Source: Candidatus Eiseniibacteriota bacterium (GTDB taxonomy: Bacteria; Eisenbacteria; RBG-16-71-46; CAVPCR01). From it: a stretch of DNA of 64,000 nucleotides. A program made the translations under genes and the position numbers. Positions 28,752-38,554 of this stretch are shown in pieces. The notes below the pieces were generated by a model that saw only the letters and a list, made by a program, of their open reading frames with translations, was not told where the DNA came from and did not search any database. Positions within the stretch are counted from its first letter, which is position 1. Each line of letters begins with the position of its first letter. The stretch covers positions 160,001 to 224,000 of the forward strand of contig CAVPCR010000003.1 of the NCBI GenBank assembly GCA_963702435.1. The letters are read 5' to 3'.

Positions 28752-29834
28752 TCAGAAGCTGTACGAGCCGCCGATCCGATGCGAGGAGTCGAAGGCGGGG
28801 TGATCGCCGACGAAGGCGTAGTCGATGCCGAAGCCGCGGTAGCGGAACCCGGCTCCGCCCCCGAGCGCGTCGGTGGTCGCCCCGAAGCGGAGGGCCAGCA
28901 CCCGCGCGTACCAGTACTCGATGCCGCCGTGGAAGTCGGCCCCGAGCACGGTCTCGCCGAAGGAGACGCCGCTCGCCGTCTTCCGGTTGTCGAAGCTCCA
29001 GTCCATGTCGCCGGCGACCGTGATCGAGCCGCGGATCTGCGCCACATCACGCGTGTACTGCGCGCCGATCTTGACCGTCGGCGCCACCGTTTCGCGGCGC
29101 CCCGAGTCCCAGGCCAGGAGCGTGGTGGTCACGTCGGCGACGCGGAGCCCCGCCGAGAAGGAGGTGGTCGGGAAGTACAGGAGGCCGAGGTCCGCGCCGA
29201 TGCCGAAGCTCGAGTTGCCGGGGAGCGACTGGCGGATGATCTTGGCGGTCCCGCCGATCGCCCAGGTCGAGCCGAGCCCGCGCGCGTACGAGATGAGGAA
29301 CGCCATCTCCGACTCGGAGTCGATCCGGTACGGGATGTTCTCGATGAAGAGGCGCTCCGATCCGTTGGGATCGTCGGGGTTGAAGTCCCACACCCCGTTG
29401 TCGTTCGTATCCTCGAAATCAACGCCGGGCCGCAGATCCTCGATCGGCGTGTCGCGGATCACGATATCGTCGACGGCGCTGCGCAGGAAGCCGAAGCCGA
29501 CCGACTGCGGGTGACCTCCTCCGGTCGCGGCGAGCGGCTGACGGAAGGAGATGAAGTCGTGGTTGACGAGGTCGCCGAACTGCTCGGCGTGCTCGGCCCA
29601 CACCTGGCGCTGGCTCCCGAAGACGAGCCCGGCCGGGTTCCAGTACACGCCGGTCGCGTCATCGGCCAGGGCCACGAACGCGCTCCCCATGCCGAGAGCC
29701 CGGGCACCGACCGGAATCTTCAAGAACTCCCCGGCGTACTTGTCGATGGCCAGCGCCGCCGGCGCCAGGGCGGCTCCGGCGCCCAGCGCCAGCGCGAGCA
29801 CGAGGACGAGGACCCGGCGGCGGAACGATTGCAT
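28752..29834 (-). CDS. PorV/PorQ-family outer-membrane barrel
   Basis: FLKIPVGARALGMG.AFVA.ADDA...YWNPAGL, GIGADLG, IDYAF, C-terminal HRIGGSYSF. Confidence 0.88.
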   Translation of the reverse strand: MQSFRRRVLVLVLALALGAGAALAPAALAIDKYAGEFLKIPVGARALGMGSAFVALADDATGVYWNPAGLVFGSQRQVWAEHAEQFGDLVNHDFISFRQPLAATGGGHPQSVGFGFLRSAVDDIVIRDTPIEDLRPGVDFEDTNDNGVWDFNPDDPNGSERLFIENIPYRIDSESEMAFLISYARGLGSTWAIGGTAKIIRQSLPGNSSFGIGADLGLLYFPTTSFSAGLRVADVTTTLLAWDSGRRETVAPTVKIGAQYTRDVAQIRGSITVAGDMDWSFDNRKTASGVSFGETVLGADFHGGIEYWYARVLALRFGATTDALGGGAGFRYRGFGIDYAFVGDHPAFDSSHRIGGSYSF

Positions 29835-30025
29835 CACGATGCACACCTCCAGGAGGAGCCGTTCGGAACGACGCGGGCCTGGGCGATCCGGCGAGCGGCC
29901 GGGAACCGGCCGGCCGCCGGGTCGGACCCGCAGGCAACCGCGGGTGACACGCCCTTGCACAGCATACCCGCGCCAAAGGTTCCGGACCAGCCTCTCCCCG
30001 GCCCGCGCGGCTCCCCCGCCCCCGG

Positions 30026-30493
30026 TCAGATCCCGCCGGCGCTCTCGATCAGGGAACGCTCCATCCGCCAGTTGACGTACGCCTCGAGCCGGTTGTGATC
30101 GGCGGGGCTCAGATGGAGAAAGGCGATGCCGACCTCGTACCGCTCCGGCGCCTTGGCCCCGCCCCCTGCCGCCGGGGCGACCGGGTCGCAGCGGACGACG
30201 ATGCCCTCCGCCTCGATCGGGGTGCCCTCGGCCGCCGGCGCCTTGGCCGCGCCCCCCTTCGGTTTGGCCCCGGTGGGTTTGGCCCCGGCGGCCGCGGCAA
30301 ACGCCGGCAAGACGAGGGTCAGCTCGACCTTGGTCAGGGGTGTGAAGTAGCGGGGCGTGATGGCGTAGATGCCGCCGGCCGACAGGTTCATCGCCTCGGC
30401 TTCCACCTCGGGTGTGCCGAGTCCGACGAGCTGCACGTCGAGCTTGGTGGCCACGCGCCGGGACTTCCGTCGCTCCTTCGGATGCTGGCTCAT
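30026..30493 (-). CDS. Stand-alone PilZ-domain protein
   Basis: ERRKSRR and NLSAGG motifs, G.VVR, GIAF. Confidence 0.88.
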   Translation of the reverse strand: MSQHPKERRKSRRVATKLDVQLVGLGTPEVEAEAMNLSAGGIYAITPRYFTPLTKVELTLVLPAFAAAAGAKPTGAKPKGGAAKAPAAEGTPIEAEGIVVRCDPVAPAAGGGAKAPERYEVGIAFLHLSPADHNRLEAYVNWRMERSLIESAGGI

Positions 30494-32595
30494 CGTCTGG
30501 CCTCCCCGGGCGACGCCTCCAGTGCGCCGCCCACGATGGTCAACTCGAGCTCCCGGCGCAACACCGAGAGCCGCTCGATGCGCACGTGCACCCGCTGGCC
30601 GAGAGCGAAGCGCGTGCCCGTGCGCCGGCCCGCGAGGGAATGCCCCCGCGCGCCCAGATCGTAACGGTCGGCCGGCAGGCGCTCGCGCGCCACAAAGCCG
30701 TCGACCGGAATCTCATCGAGGGTCACGAAGAGCCCCGCCGGCAGGGTCGCCGTGACCATCCCGCTCATCTCATCCCCAAGGCGATGGGCGAGAAGGCGCA
30801 GCGCCTTCACGCGCATCACGAGTCGCTCGGCGTCCGCGGCCACGACCTCGCGGGCGGAGGCGGCCGCCGCGAGCTCCTCCAGGCCGGGACGGTAGCGGTC
30901 GCGCACCGGGCGAAGCAAGTCTTCCCGATCGGCCCGCCGCCGCGCACGCGGCCCGCCGTCGCCCAGGGCCTCGGCCGCTGCGAGGAGCACGCGATGCGTG
31001 TGCAGATCCGGGTAGCGGCGGATGGGCGAGGTGAAGTGCGTGTACCCGGCGACGCCAAGGCCGAAGTGCCCTCGATCCACGGCATCGTAGCGCGCCTTCT
31101 CGAGAGAGCGCAGCAGATACATCGAGGCGAGCTCGCCGACGCCGCGCGCCTCCGCCATCCCGATCACGTCCCGGAGGACGGCGGGATCCGCCAGATTGAG
31201 GCCGTGCCGCGGGAGACCGAGCTCATCGAGGACAAGGCCGAACTCCATGAGCTTCTCCCAGCGCGGCCGCTCGTGCACCCGGAAGAGGATCGGCAGGTGC
31301 GCGGCGAGGGCCCAGCCACCGGTGAGCTCGTTGGCGAGGAGCATGAGCTCCTCGACCAGACGATGGGCGACCCCCTGGCGGCGCGGGATCAGATCGAGCG
31401 GATGCCCGAGCTCGTCCATCCGGACCCGGTACTCGGGCACGTCGAGATAGAGACCGCCGCGCGCCTCGCGGCGTTCGCGCAGGAGGGCCGTGATCGCACC
31501 GAGGCGGCGGAGCGCGGGGAGCCACGAGCGGTCCTCGTCGCCGTCTGGGGCGCCGCCGGGATGGCCGGTCGAGGCCGGTGGCGCCGGATCCTCCCCCGCG
31601 AGGAAGCGCTCGGCCTCCGCGTAGGTGAGCCGGCGGCGGCTCCGGATGAGCGAGCGGTCGAGACGCCACGCCACCACCCTCCCCTCGGGGTCGAGCTCGG
31701 CGCGCACGGAGAGCGCGGGGCGATCGAGCGCCGGCTTGAGGCTCGCGGCGTCGCTCGAGAGCGGCGCCGGCAGCATCGGCAGGACGAGACCGGGCAGGTA
31801 GGTGCTCGTTCCGCGCTCGACCGCCTCCCGATCGACGGCGCCGCCGGGTTCGACGTACCGGGCGACGTCGGCGATGTGGATTCCGACCTCGTCGTGGCCG
31901 CCGGGGAGCGATCGCCAGGACACGGCGTCGTCGAAGTCGGCAGCCTCCTCGGGATCGATGGTCACGGCGGGGAGCGCCCTCAGATCCACCCGGTCGCGCG
32001 CGGTGATCGTCTCGCTCGCCCGCACGGCCGCCTCGCTCTCGGCCGCCTCGCTGAAGACGAGCGCGAGGCCCATCTCGTGGGCGATGTCGCGGGCGTCGTC
32101 ACGGGCGTCGGAGAGGTCGCCGAGGCGCTCGAGGAGCCGGTAACGAGCGGGGCCTGGCCGCCGCCCGCCCTCGAGCAGGACGACCACGCGATCGCCGCTC
32201 CGGAGCTCGGGGTGGCGCCCGGCGAGCGGACCCTCCTCGTAGCGGCGGGTGATCGGCTCGAGGCGAAGGCGGTCGCCGTGGCGGTGAACGATGCCGGCGA
32301 GGCGCCGCGGCTCGCGGGCGATCGTCTCCGCCACCTGCCCCTGCGGGCGCACGCCCCGCGCGAGGTCGCCGTGGCGGATCAGGCGGTAGCCGACCAGATC
32401 GCCGTGCACCGCATCAGCGCGGTCCTCGGCGCGAATGAAGACATCGGCCCCCCCCTCGAGCGGGGTCACGAATCCGGCCCCGCTCCGGTTGACCGAGAGG
32501 GTGCCGGTACGGGTGCGCGGGCGGTGCTTCGCGCTGCGCCTCCCCTCCCCGTGGCGGCTGAAGCGGCTCCCGGCGCGGCGCCGATCAGAGCGCAC
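30490..32595 (-). CDS. rnr: Ribonuclease R (RNB family)
   Basis: Cold-shock domain GFV, TIDPEEAADFDDA, HIADV, VEELMLLAN, HFGL...YTHFTSPIRRYPDL, C-terminal S1. Confidence 0.93.
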   Translation of the reverse strand: MRSDRRRAGSRFSRHGEGRRSAKHRPRTRTGTLSVNRSGAGFVTPLEGGADVFIRAEDRADAVHGDLVGYRLIRHGDLARGVRPQGQVAETIAREPRRLAGIVHRHGDRLRLEPITRRYEEGPLAGRHPELRSGDRVVVLLEGGRRPGPARYRLLERLGDLSDARDDARDIAHEMGLALVFSEAAESEAAVRASETITARDRVDLRALPAVTIDPEEAADFDDAVSWRSLPGGHDEVGIHIADVARYVEPGGAVDREAVERGTSTYLPGLVLPMLPAPLSSDAASLKPALDRPALSVRAELDPEGRVVAWRLDRSLIRSRRRLTYAEAERFLAGEDPAPPASTGHPGGAPDGDEDRSWLPALRRLGAITALLRERREARGGLYLDVPEYRVRMDELGHPLDLIPRRQGVAHRLVEELMLLANELTGGWALAAHLPILFRVHERPRWEKLMEFGLVLDELGLPRHGLNLADPAVLRDVIGMAEARGVGELASMYLLRSLEKARYDAVDRGHFGLGVAGYTHFTSPIRRYPDLHTHRVLLAAAEALGDGGPRARRRADREDLLRPVRDRYRPGLEELAAAASAREVVAADAERLVMRVKALRLLAHRLGDEMSGMVTATLPAGLFVTLDEIPVDGFVARERLPADRYDLGARGHSLAGRRTGTRFALGQRVHVRIERLSVLRRELELTIVGGALEASPGEARR

Positions 32596-32786
32596 CGGAG
32601 GCCTCGACGCACAGCGGCAGCGCCTCGGGGCCCGCGTTGCCGGCTCGCGGCGCGCCGGAACGCGAAAAAGCGGGGAGGGCTTCCCCGCTTCTCCAACGTC
32701 TCGACGATGTTCGCGGCGAACAGGAACGAACGGCGTGCGGCCGGCCGGGCCGGCGCGCGCGGCGATCGGCGCCGCGCGGCACCCGG

Positions 32787-32882
32787 CTAGCGCACCCGCT
32801 TCTTGTGGCGATTCGCACGCTGCCGCTTCTTGCGCTTGTGCGTCGCGATCTTCTTCCGCTTGCGCTTCTTTCCACTTCCCAT
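32787..32882 (-). CDS. 30S ribosomal protein bS22 (AURKAIP1/COX24 family), 31 aa
   Basis: Hand translation MGSGKKRKRKKIATHKRKKRQRANRHKKRVR*, closely resembling Bacteroidetes bS22; below the ORF-track size cut-off. Confidence 0.9.
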   Translation of the reverse strand: MGSGKKRKRKKIATHKRKKRQRANRHKKRVR

Positions 32883-32915
32883 CGTGCTTCCCACTCTCCC
32901 CGGCGGACCTGCCGC

Positions 32916-33260
32916 CTATGGTTCTCCGGCGCTCGGACGCGCCTCCGCATCGCTATCGCCCGGCCAGCGGTCCGGCAATTCCATCTCGCCGCGCACCATC
33001 GCCTTCAGCTGGTTCGAGGGCTTGAACACCGGCACGAGCTTCGCCGGTACGCTGACCTCGGCCCCGGTGCGCGGGTTGCGCGCACGGCGCGATCTCCGCG
33101 CCCGCACCTTGAAGGTGCCGAAGCCGCGGATCTCGATGTGCTGTCCCTCGCTCAACGCCTGCGCGATCGAGTTGAGGATCTCGTCGACGATGCGGGCGTT
33201 CTCGCTCTTCGACAGTCGACTCCGCTTGCAGATGTCCTCGACCAGGTCGGCTTTCGTCAT
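32916..33260 (-). CDS. HU/IHF-family DNA-binding protein
   Basis: MTKADLV, IEIRGFGTF, ARNPRTG..V.VP...VPVFKPS..LK. Confidence 0.96.
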   Translation of the reverse strand: MTKADLVEDICKRSRLSKSENARIVDEILNSIAQALSEGQHIEIRGFGTFKVRARRSRRARNPRTGAEVSVPAKLVPVFKPSNQLKAMVRGEMELPDRWPGDSDAEARPSAGEP

Positions 33261-33413
33261 GGCCTTCCTCCGGAACCGCCGCGACTCGCTCTCCCAAGCG
33301 TGATCGATCGAAGGTGCCGGACCGGTGAGGAGTGGCGAGTGACAGCCACCGAGCAACCGCCCAACGCGGCATACCCGGATGCCACCACGGCGCGGGCGAG
33401 CCCGCGAAGAGGC

Positions 33414-33443
33414 ACCCTATCACCGGCCAAGCTATGGAGTCAA
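33414..33443 (-). promoter_or_regulatory. sigma70-type promoter of HU-bS22
   Basis: TTGACT-18 nt-TAGGGT with TG extension. Confidence 0.6.
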
Positions 33444-33543
33444 CAGGACTTTGGCGATTTGGCCCCGACCTCCCGGGGCAACGGCGAAGGGCAGCGCCGG
33501 CGGGAGCGAGCGCTGGAGCGCGGCGGCGGGCGCGAGGGGGCCT

Positions 33544-34437
33544 CTAGCGCCAGCGGTACTCGAGCCGCGGCCAGCGCCCGGCGAACGGGAGGCCGGCCGG
33601 GAGCCGTTGCTCGAGCCACTTCTGCCAGGCCGGCGTCTCCTTGTGCTTCCGGACGATGACCGGCTCGCCCTTGATCCCCGCCATCTCCCCGGCGACCCGG
33701 ACCGCCTCGTCGAGATCGGTCAGGCGGTCGACGAGCCCGGCCCGGTACGCCTGCCGGCCGGAGAAGAAGCGGCCGTCAGCCCACGCCCGCACCGAATCGG
33801 CCGGCATGGCCGGGCGGCCGGCGATCACCGCGGCGATGAACTGCTCGTGCACATCCGCGAGCACGTCGGTCATCCATCCCCGTTCCTCGGGGGTGAGCGG
33901 ACGGAACGGGGAGCCGGCGTCCTTGTACGGCCCCGCCTTCACGACCTGGTTGTCGACCCCGAGCTTCTCCATGAGGCCCGAGAAGTCGGGGAAGCTCATG
34001 ATCACTCCGATCGAGCCGGTGAGGGTGCCGGGGAGCGCGAAGATCGAGTCGGCGGCCGTCGCCACGTAGTAGCCGCCGGAGGCCGCGACGTCGTCGAGCG
34101 CGGCGATGACCGGCAGGCCCTCCTCCTTGAATCCCTCGATCCGCGCGATGATGCGCTGCGTCGTGCCCACCGCCCCGCCCGGGCAGTTGACATGCAGGAC
34201 GAGAGCGCGAATCGAGCCGTCCTCCTTCAAGCGCTCGAGTTGCTCGAGCACGTCGTCATCATCGCCGAGGACGCCGGCTACCTCGACCACCCCCACCTTG
34301 GGTCCGGGGCGCGGCAGGCCCAGACGATCGCCGGACATCTGCATCGAGGCGAACAGGAGGGCGAGCCCGCTCAGCATGAGCAGGACGACGAAGAGAACGC
34401 CGCATCCGAGGATCCAGTTACGGGAGGCAGAGGCCAT
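33544..34437 (-). CDS. sppA: Signal peptide peptidase SppA (S49, short form)
   Basis: NCPGG, AASGGYYVA, TGSIGVI, KAGPYKD, DGR.FSG.QA...GLVD. Confidence 0.95.
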   Translation of the reverse strand: MASASRNWILGCGVLFVVLLMLSGLALLFASMQMSGDRLGLPRPGPKVGVVEVAGVLGDDDDVLEQLERLKEDGSIRALVLHVNCPGGAVGTTQRIIARIEGFKEEGLPVIAALDDVAASGGYYVATAADSIFALPGTLTGSIGVIMSFPDFSGLMEKLGVDNQVVKAGPYKDAGSPFRPLTPEERGWMTDVLADVHEQFIAAVIAGRPAMPADSVRAWADGRFFSGRQAYRAGLVDRLTDLDEAVRVAGEMAGIKGEPVIVRKHKETPAWQKWLEQRLPAGLPFAGRWPRLEYRWR

Positions 34438-34512
34438 CCTGGCCCTCCATTGCGCGGGACATTCCGGCGTCGTGCGACCCCGGTGCGGGGTGGGCGCCGA
34501 CCGACGTCGTGC

Positions 34513-34541
34513 ACGCTAGCAAGCGGTCCCGGGAGTGTCAA
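34513..34541 (-). promoter_or_regulatory. sigma70-type promoter of sppA
   Basis: TTGACA-17 nt-TAGCGT with TG extension. Confidence 0.7.
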
Positions 34542-34596
34542 CGCGGCGGGAACAGCGCGCCGGGATCGTGCGCCGTCGGGCGCAAGAGCGGGCGGC

Positions 34597-34710
34597 AACG
34601 AAAGAGGATGACGGTGAACGAAAGAGGATGACCGTGAGCGGAAGAGGATGACGCTGAGGGGACACGCGCGGCGAAGAGGACACGCGCGGCGAAGAGAACG
34701 CGCGCGGAGA
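34597..34710. repeat. Compound purine-rich tandem repeat (3 x 20 bp then 3 x 18 bp)
   Basis: A(A/G)CG(A/G)AAGAGGATGACNNTG x3, then AG(A/G)G(G/A)AC(A/G)CGCGCGG(C/A)GA x3. Confidence 0.85.
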
Positions 34711-34717
34711 AGCGGAG

Positions 34718-34830
34718 AAAAAGACAGGTTCCCCACTGCTGGCGCTGTCCGGGTCGTGAATCACTGCACCATCAAGAGACTGGGGTCACAGCCCACGTCC
34801 CGCCGTGGCGATCAGCGCAGGGAACCTAAA
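34718..34830 (-). ncRNA. Candidate structured non-coding RNA, family not recognised
   Basis: Ends pair (AGGTTCCC/GGGAACCT); nested stems CGCTG/CAGCG, GGGACGTGG/TCACGACCC and CTGT-ACC/GGT-GCAG; U-tract follows on the minus strand; intergenic and lower GC than its surroundings. Confidence 0.45.
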
Positions 34831-34899
34831 CTCTGGGTGACTCTCTTGCTGCCGTCCCCCTTCCCCGCTCGCGCCGTGCGCGGTGCGGTGGAGGGGGTC

Positions 34900-34927
34900 G
34901 GGAGGCTCGCCCCCCAGCGAGCCTCCC
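34900..34927. repeat. Perfect 11-bp inverted repeat (hairpin)
   Basis: GGGAGGCTCGC-6 nt-GCGAGCCTCCC. Confidence 0.8.
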
Positions 34928-35133
34928 TGCGTCAGCATGGTCGCCGGGATGTGAGGGCAACGGCCGTGCCATCCCGGTGCCGGGCGGGGCGGAGCGCGGA
35001 GCGCGCGCTCGGGGCTGCACTTGCGCGGTCGGGGCCGGGATGCGGGACCCGGAGAACCGCCCGGCGGCGGGCCCTGTCGCGTGGAAATCCCCGGGGCTTC
35101 GGGAAAATTCACCCGCGGGCGGGGAACGTCCGC

Positions 35134-36150
35134 CTAGGCGTCGCGCGCGAGCGAAGGCTCGACGCGGATGCAGCTCGCCCACCGCCCGAGCTGCTTCTCG
35201 TCCCAGGGGGGGACGGTGCGCGCGCACTCGGGGATCGCTTCGGGACAGCGGGGGTGAAAGGCGCATCCCGGCGGCCGCCGCGCGGGGTCCGGGGGTTCTC
35301 CCCCGAGCGGAAGCGGGCGGTCGCGGCGCGCGGGATCCGGATCCGGAGCCGCCGCGAGCAGCGCGCGCGTGTAGGGATGCAGGGGATCGTCGAACAGCGC
35401 GCGCGACGGTCCGGTCTCGACGATGATCCCCGCGTACATGACCGCTACGCGATCGGACACGTACTCGACGATCCGGAGGTCGTGCGCGATGAAGAGGTAG
35501 GCGATGCCGAGCTCGCGCCGGAGATCGACGAGCAGGTTCACGATCTGGGCGCCGACCGACACGTCGAGGGCGGACACCGGCTCATCGGCGACGATGAGCG
35601 CCGGTTCGACCGCGAGCGCTCGCGCGATCGCGATCCGCTGGCGCTGACCGCCGGAGAACTCGTGCGGGTAGCGGCCGGCGTGCGCGGGCTCGAGGCCGAC
35701 GCGTGTGAGGAGCGCGCCGACCTCCTCGCGCCCGTGACGCCCGGTCGCGGCGCGACCGCGGAGCGCGAGCGCTTCCGCGAGCGTTGCGCCCACGGTGAGG
35801 CGTGGGTTCAGGCTCGCCGCCGGATCCTGGAACACGATCTGCATGTGGCGCCTCGCCTCGCGGAGCCGGCGCCGGTCGAGGCGGAGCAGGTCCTCGCCCG
35901 CGAAGTACACCTCGCCGCTCGTCGCCGGCACGAGGCGGAGCACGAGCCGGGCCGTCGTCGACTTGCCGGACCCCGATTCACCGACGAGGCCGAGCGTCTC
36001 GCCCGGCGCGATCGTAAAGGACACGGAGTCGACGGCGCGGACCGGGCGTCCCGGACCCGAGCCCGAGAAGAGACGGCGCCGCGGGGGGTACTCCTTGGTG
36101 AGGCCGCGCACGTCGAGGAGCGGCGCGCCGGCGGCCGCGAGCACGCTCAT
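35134..36150 (-). CDS. oppF: Oligo/dipeptide ABC transporter ATPase (OppF/DppF)
   Basis: [46 protein letters not shown]. Confidence 0.93.
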   Translation of the reverse strand: MSVLAAAGAPLLDVRGLTKEYPPRRRLFSGSGPGRPVRAVDSVSFTIAPGETLGLVGESGSGKSTTARLVLRLVPATSGEVYFAGEDLLRLDRRRLREARRHMQIVFQDPAASLNPRLTVGATLAEALALRGRAATGRHGREEVGALLTRVGLEPAHAGRYPHEFSGGQRQRIAIARALAVEPALIVADEPVSALDVSVGAQIVNLLVDLRRELGIAYLFIAHDLRIVEYVSDRVAVMYAGIIVETGPSRALFDDPLHPYTRALLAAAPDPDPARRDRPLPLGGEPPDPARRPPGCAFHPRCPEAIPECARTVPPWDEKQLGRWASCIRVEPSLARDA

Positions 36151-37190
36151 GGCGGGTCGCCGGCGCCGGGCGATGGCGCCGAGCCCCGCCGTGCGCTCGC
36201 CGGGCCGCCGAGGGCAAAGGCGGTCCCGCCGGCGTGAAAACAGGAGACCTGGCGACCGGGGCCCGGCTCCGTGGCCGGGGGTACCGCACTCCGGCACTCG
36301 GCCGTGGCCAGCGGACATCGCGGGTGAAAGGCGCATCCGTGCGGCAGCGCGAGCGGATCCGGCACCGCTCCCGGGATGGCCGCCAGACGCCCGTTCCCTC
36401 CTCCCCGGCGCGGCACCGCGGCGAGGAGACCCTGCGTGTAGGGATGGAGCGGGGTGGTGAAGAGGTCCACCGCCGATCCGGTCTCGACGATGCGCCCGGC
36501 GTAAACGACGGCCACTCGATCGGCGATCGCAGCGGCCACGCCGAGATCGTGCGTGATGAGGAGGATGGCCATGCCGCGGGCACGGCGGAGGTCGCGGAGC
36601 AGCGCGAGGATCTGCGCCTGCACGGTGACGTCGAGGGCGGTGGTCGGCTCGTCGGCGATGAGGAGCGCCGGATCGGCGGCGAGCGCCATCGCGATCATCA
36701 CGCGCTGCCGCATGCCGCCCGAGAGCTCGTGCGGATAGCGGTCGGCGCTCGCCTCCGGCGCCGGGATCCCGACCTGGGCGAGGAGCGACAGGCTCCGTTC
36801 GCGCGCGGTCGCCCGCGATGCCCGCGTATGGATGCGGACGGCCTCGGCGATCTGGTCGCCGGCGGTCATGACCGGATGGAGGGCGGTCATCGGCTCCTGG
36901 AAGACGATCGCCACCGCGCGGCCGCGGATCGCCGCGAGTTCGCGCTCGCTCTTCCCGCGCAGGTCGTCGCCGCGGAGGAAGATCTCCCCGCGCACTTCCC
37001 CCGGCGGCTCGCGCACGAGCCCGAGGAGGGCGAGGGCCGCGGCGCTCTTTCCCGAGCCCGATTCGCCGACGAGCGCCAGGGTCTCTCCGGGCTCCACCCG
37101 GAAGCTCATCCCGTTGACGGCGTGCGTCACGCCCTCCCGCGTGCGGAAGTGGATGCGGAGGTCCCTGACCTCGAGAAGGGCCGCCGTCAT
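36147..37190 (-). CDS. oppD: Oligo/dipeptide ABC transporter ATPase (OppD/DppD)
   Basis: [40 protein letters not shown] overlap with oppF. Confidence 0.93.
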   Translation of the reverse strand: MTAALLEVRDLRIHFRTREGVTHAVNGMSFRVEPGETLALVGESGSGKSAAALALLGLVREPPGEVRGEIFLRGDDLRGKSERELAAIRGRAVAIVFQEPMTALHPVMTAGDQIAEAVRIHTRASRATARERSLSLLAQVGIPAPEASADRYPHELSGGMRQRVMIAMALAADPALLIADEPTTALDVTVQAQILALLRDLRRARGMAILLITHDLGVAAAIADRVAVVYAGRIVETGSAVDLFTTPLHPYTQGLLAAVPRRGGGNGRLAAIPGAVPDPLALPHGCAFHPRCPLATAECRSAVPPATEPGPGRQVSCFHAGGTAFALGGPASARRGSAPSPGAGDPP

Positions 37191-37743
37191 GGCCGTGTGG
37201 ACCTCATCGGTGAGTCGTCATCCCCATCCGGAAGCTGGTGCCGATACCGGTGCCGGATCGCCGGGAACGGCCCGGGGCGCGAGGCCGGAAGGGGCCTCCG
37301 GCGCGCCGCGCGCCCCGTGCCGGCCGCTGCGAGCGGCGGCCGGCCGAGGTATCCAGCCGCGCATCATCGGGGGCATGGAGGCCCGTTGTCCAGGGGCCGC
37401 CCGGTCGCGGCGCGCCGTCGCACCCGCCTCTCGGCTGCGACACCCGTGTGACCGCGGGATCACAGGGCAACCGGCGCCCGCCGTGCGGCCATCGCGGCAA
37501 CCTCTTGTCCCGGTGTGCGAAGCACCCGGGGGGCGGCCTCGCGGCCGGCGGCACGCGGCTTGCGCTTCCCGTGCGGCAGACGGCACGCGGGCGCTCGCCC
37601 CTGGTTCTTCGGGGAAGCCAAGGCGGCTTGGCGGTGCGCTGGGGCCTTGCCACCGCGATTGCGGGCGCTCGCGGCCGCGAACCCCTGCAGCGGCCGCGCG
37701 CCCGGTCTTTCGGCCGGACGGCAGGCCGACCTGGAGGTCCACG

Positions 37744-38532
37744 ATGACCGCGCACGTAGTCTCTCCTCGGTGCCCGCACGGGCACGCACCCGGCCGGCCC
37801 GGCCGGCGCTCACCCTTCGGAGGCCGGTCCGGAGGGCCGCTCGCGATGGCGATGCTCCTCATCGCCTGCGGAGGGCTGGCCGGGGCCGACGCCCTGGCCG
37901 GCCAGTCGCTCAGTTTCACGCAACGGCCGCGCTCCGGGAGCCGGCCGCCGCTCGACCGCCAGAACGTGGTGCATCTCAAGTTCGGCACCTATGACCCGGA
38001 GGGCGCCGAGAATGGCGGCGCGTACTTCGGCCTCCTGACCGGCGTCGAGTTCCAGAACCGCGTCACGATCGGCTTCGATCTCGACATCTACCGGCGCTCG
38101 TACAGCCGGGAGACCGTCATCGCGGAAACGGTGGATCCGACCGGCAACGTGATCACGATGACCGCGACGAGCCTCGCCACCTCGTCCACGCTCGTCCCGC
38201 TCGGCGTCTCCCTCGGAATCCGGCTCCCCGGGAGCCGCACCCTGACGCCCTACGTCGGCGGCGCCGTGGCGTACGAGATCCTCGTCAACGAGGTCCGGAA
38301 CTACGAGCTCGGTGTCGAGGCGACCGACGTGTACGGAGGGCCCGGCTGGCAGGTCTTCGGCGGGCTCATCTGCCCGCTCACGCGCGAGGTGCGGATCCTC
38401 GGTGAGCTCGGCTACAACGATTCCATCGTGCGCCGCGACATCGATCGCTACACGCTCGGGCTCCCGGTGGGCGAACGCATCGACGTGAGCGGTATCTCGG
38501 CGCGCGCCGGGGTCGAGTTTCACTTCGACTAG
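37744..38532 (+). CDS. Outer-membrane beta-barrel protein (OmpA/OmpW-like, about 8 strands)
   Basis: SD GGAGG, hydrophobic signal segment, PYVGG, G.GWQ..GG, C-terminal ARAGVEFHFD. Confidence 0.75.
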   Translation: MTAHVVSPRCPHGHAPGRPGRRSPFGGRSGGPLAMAMLLIACGGLAGADALAGQSLSFTQRPRSGSRPPLDRQNVVHLKFGTYDPEGAENGGAYFGLLTGVEFQNRVTIGFDLDIYRRSYSRETVIAETVDPTGNVITMTATSLATSSTLVPLGVSLGIRLPGSRTLTPYVGGAVAYEILVNEVRNYELGVEATDVYGGPGWQVFGGLICPLTREVRILGELGYNDSIVRRDIDRYTLGLPVGERIDVSGISARAGVEFHFD

Positions 38533-38554
38533 GGACCCGACTGCCGGCACTGCC

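Noticed and set aside
34718..34830. Assignment as SRP RNA, 6S, SAM-I, glmS or ykkC
   Set aside because: Only short fragments match (ATCAAGAG, AGCGCCAG, CACGGCGGGAC); the defining cores are absent and it is too short for a typical 6S.
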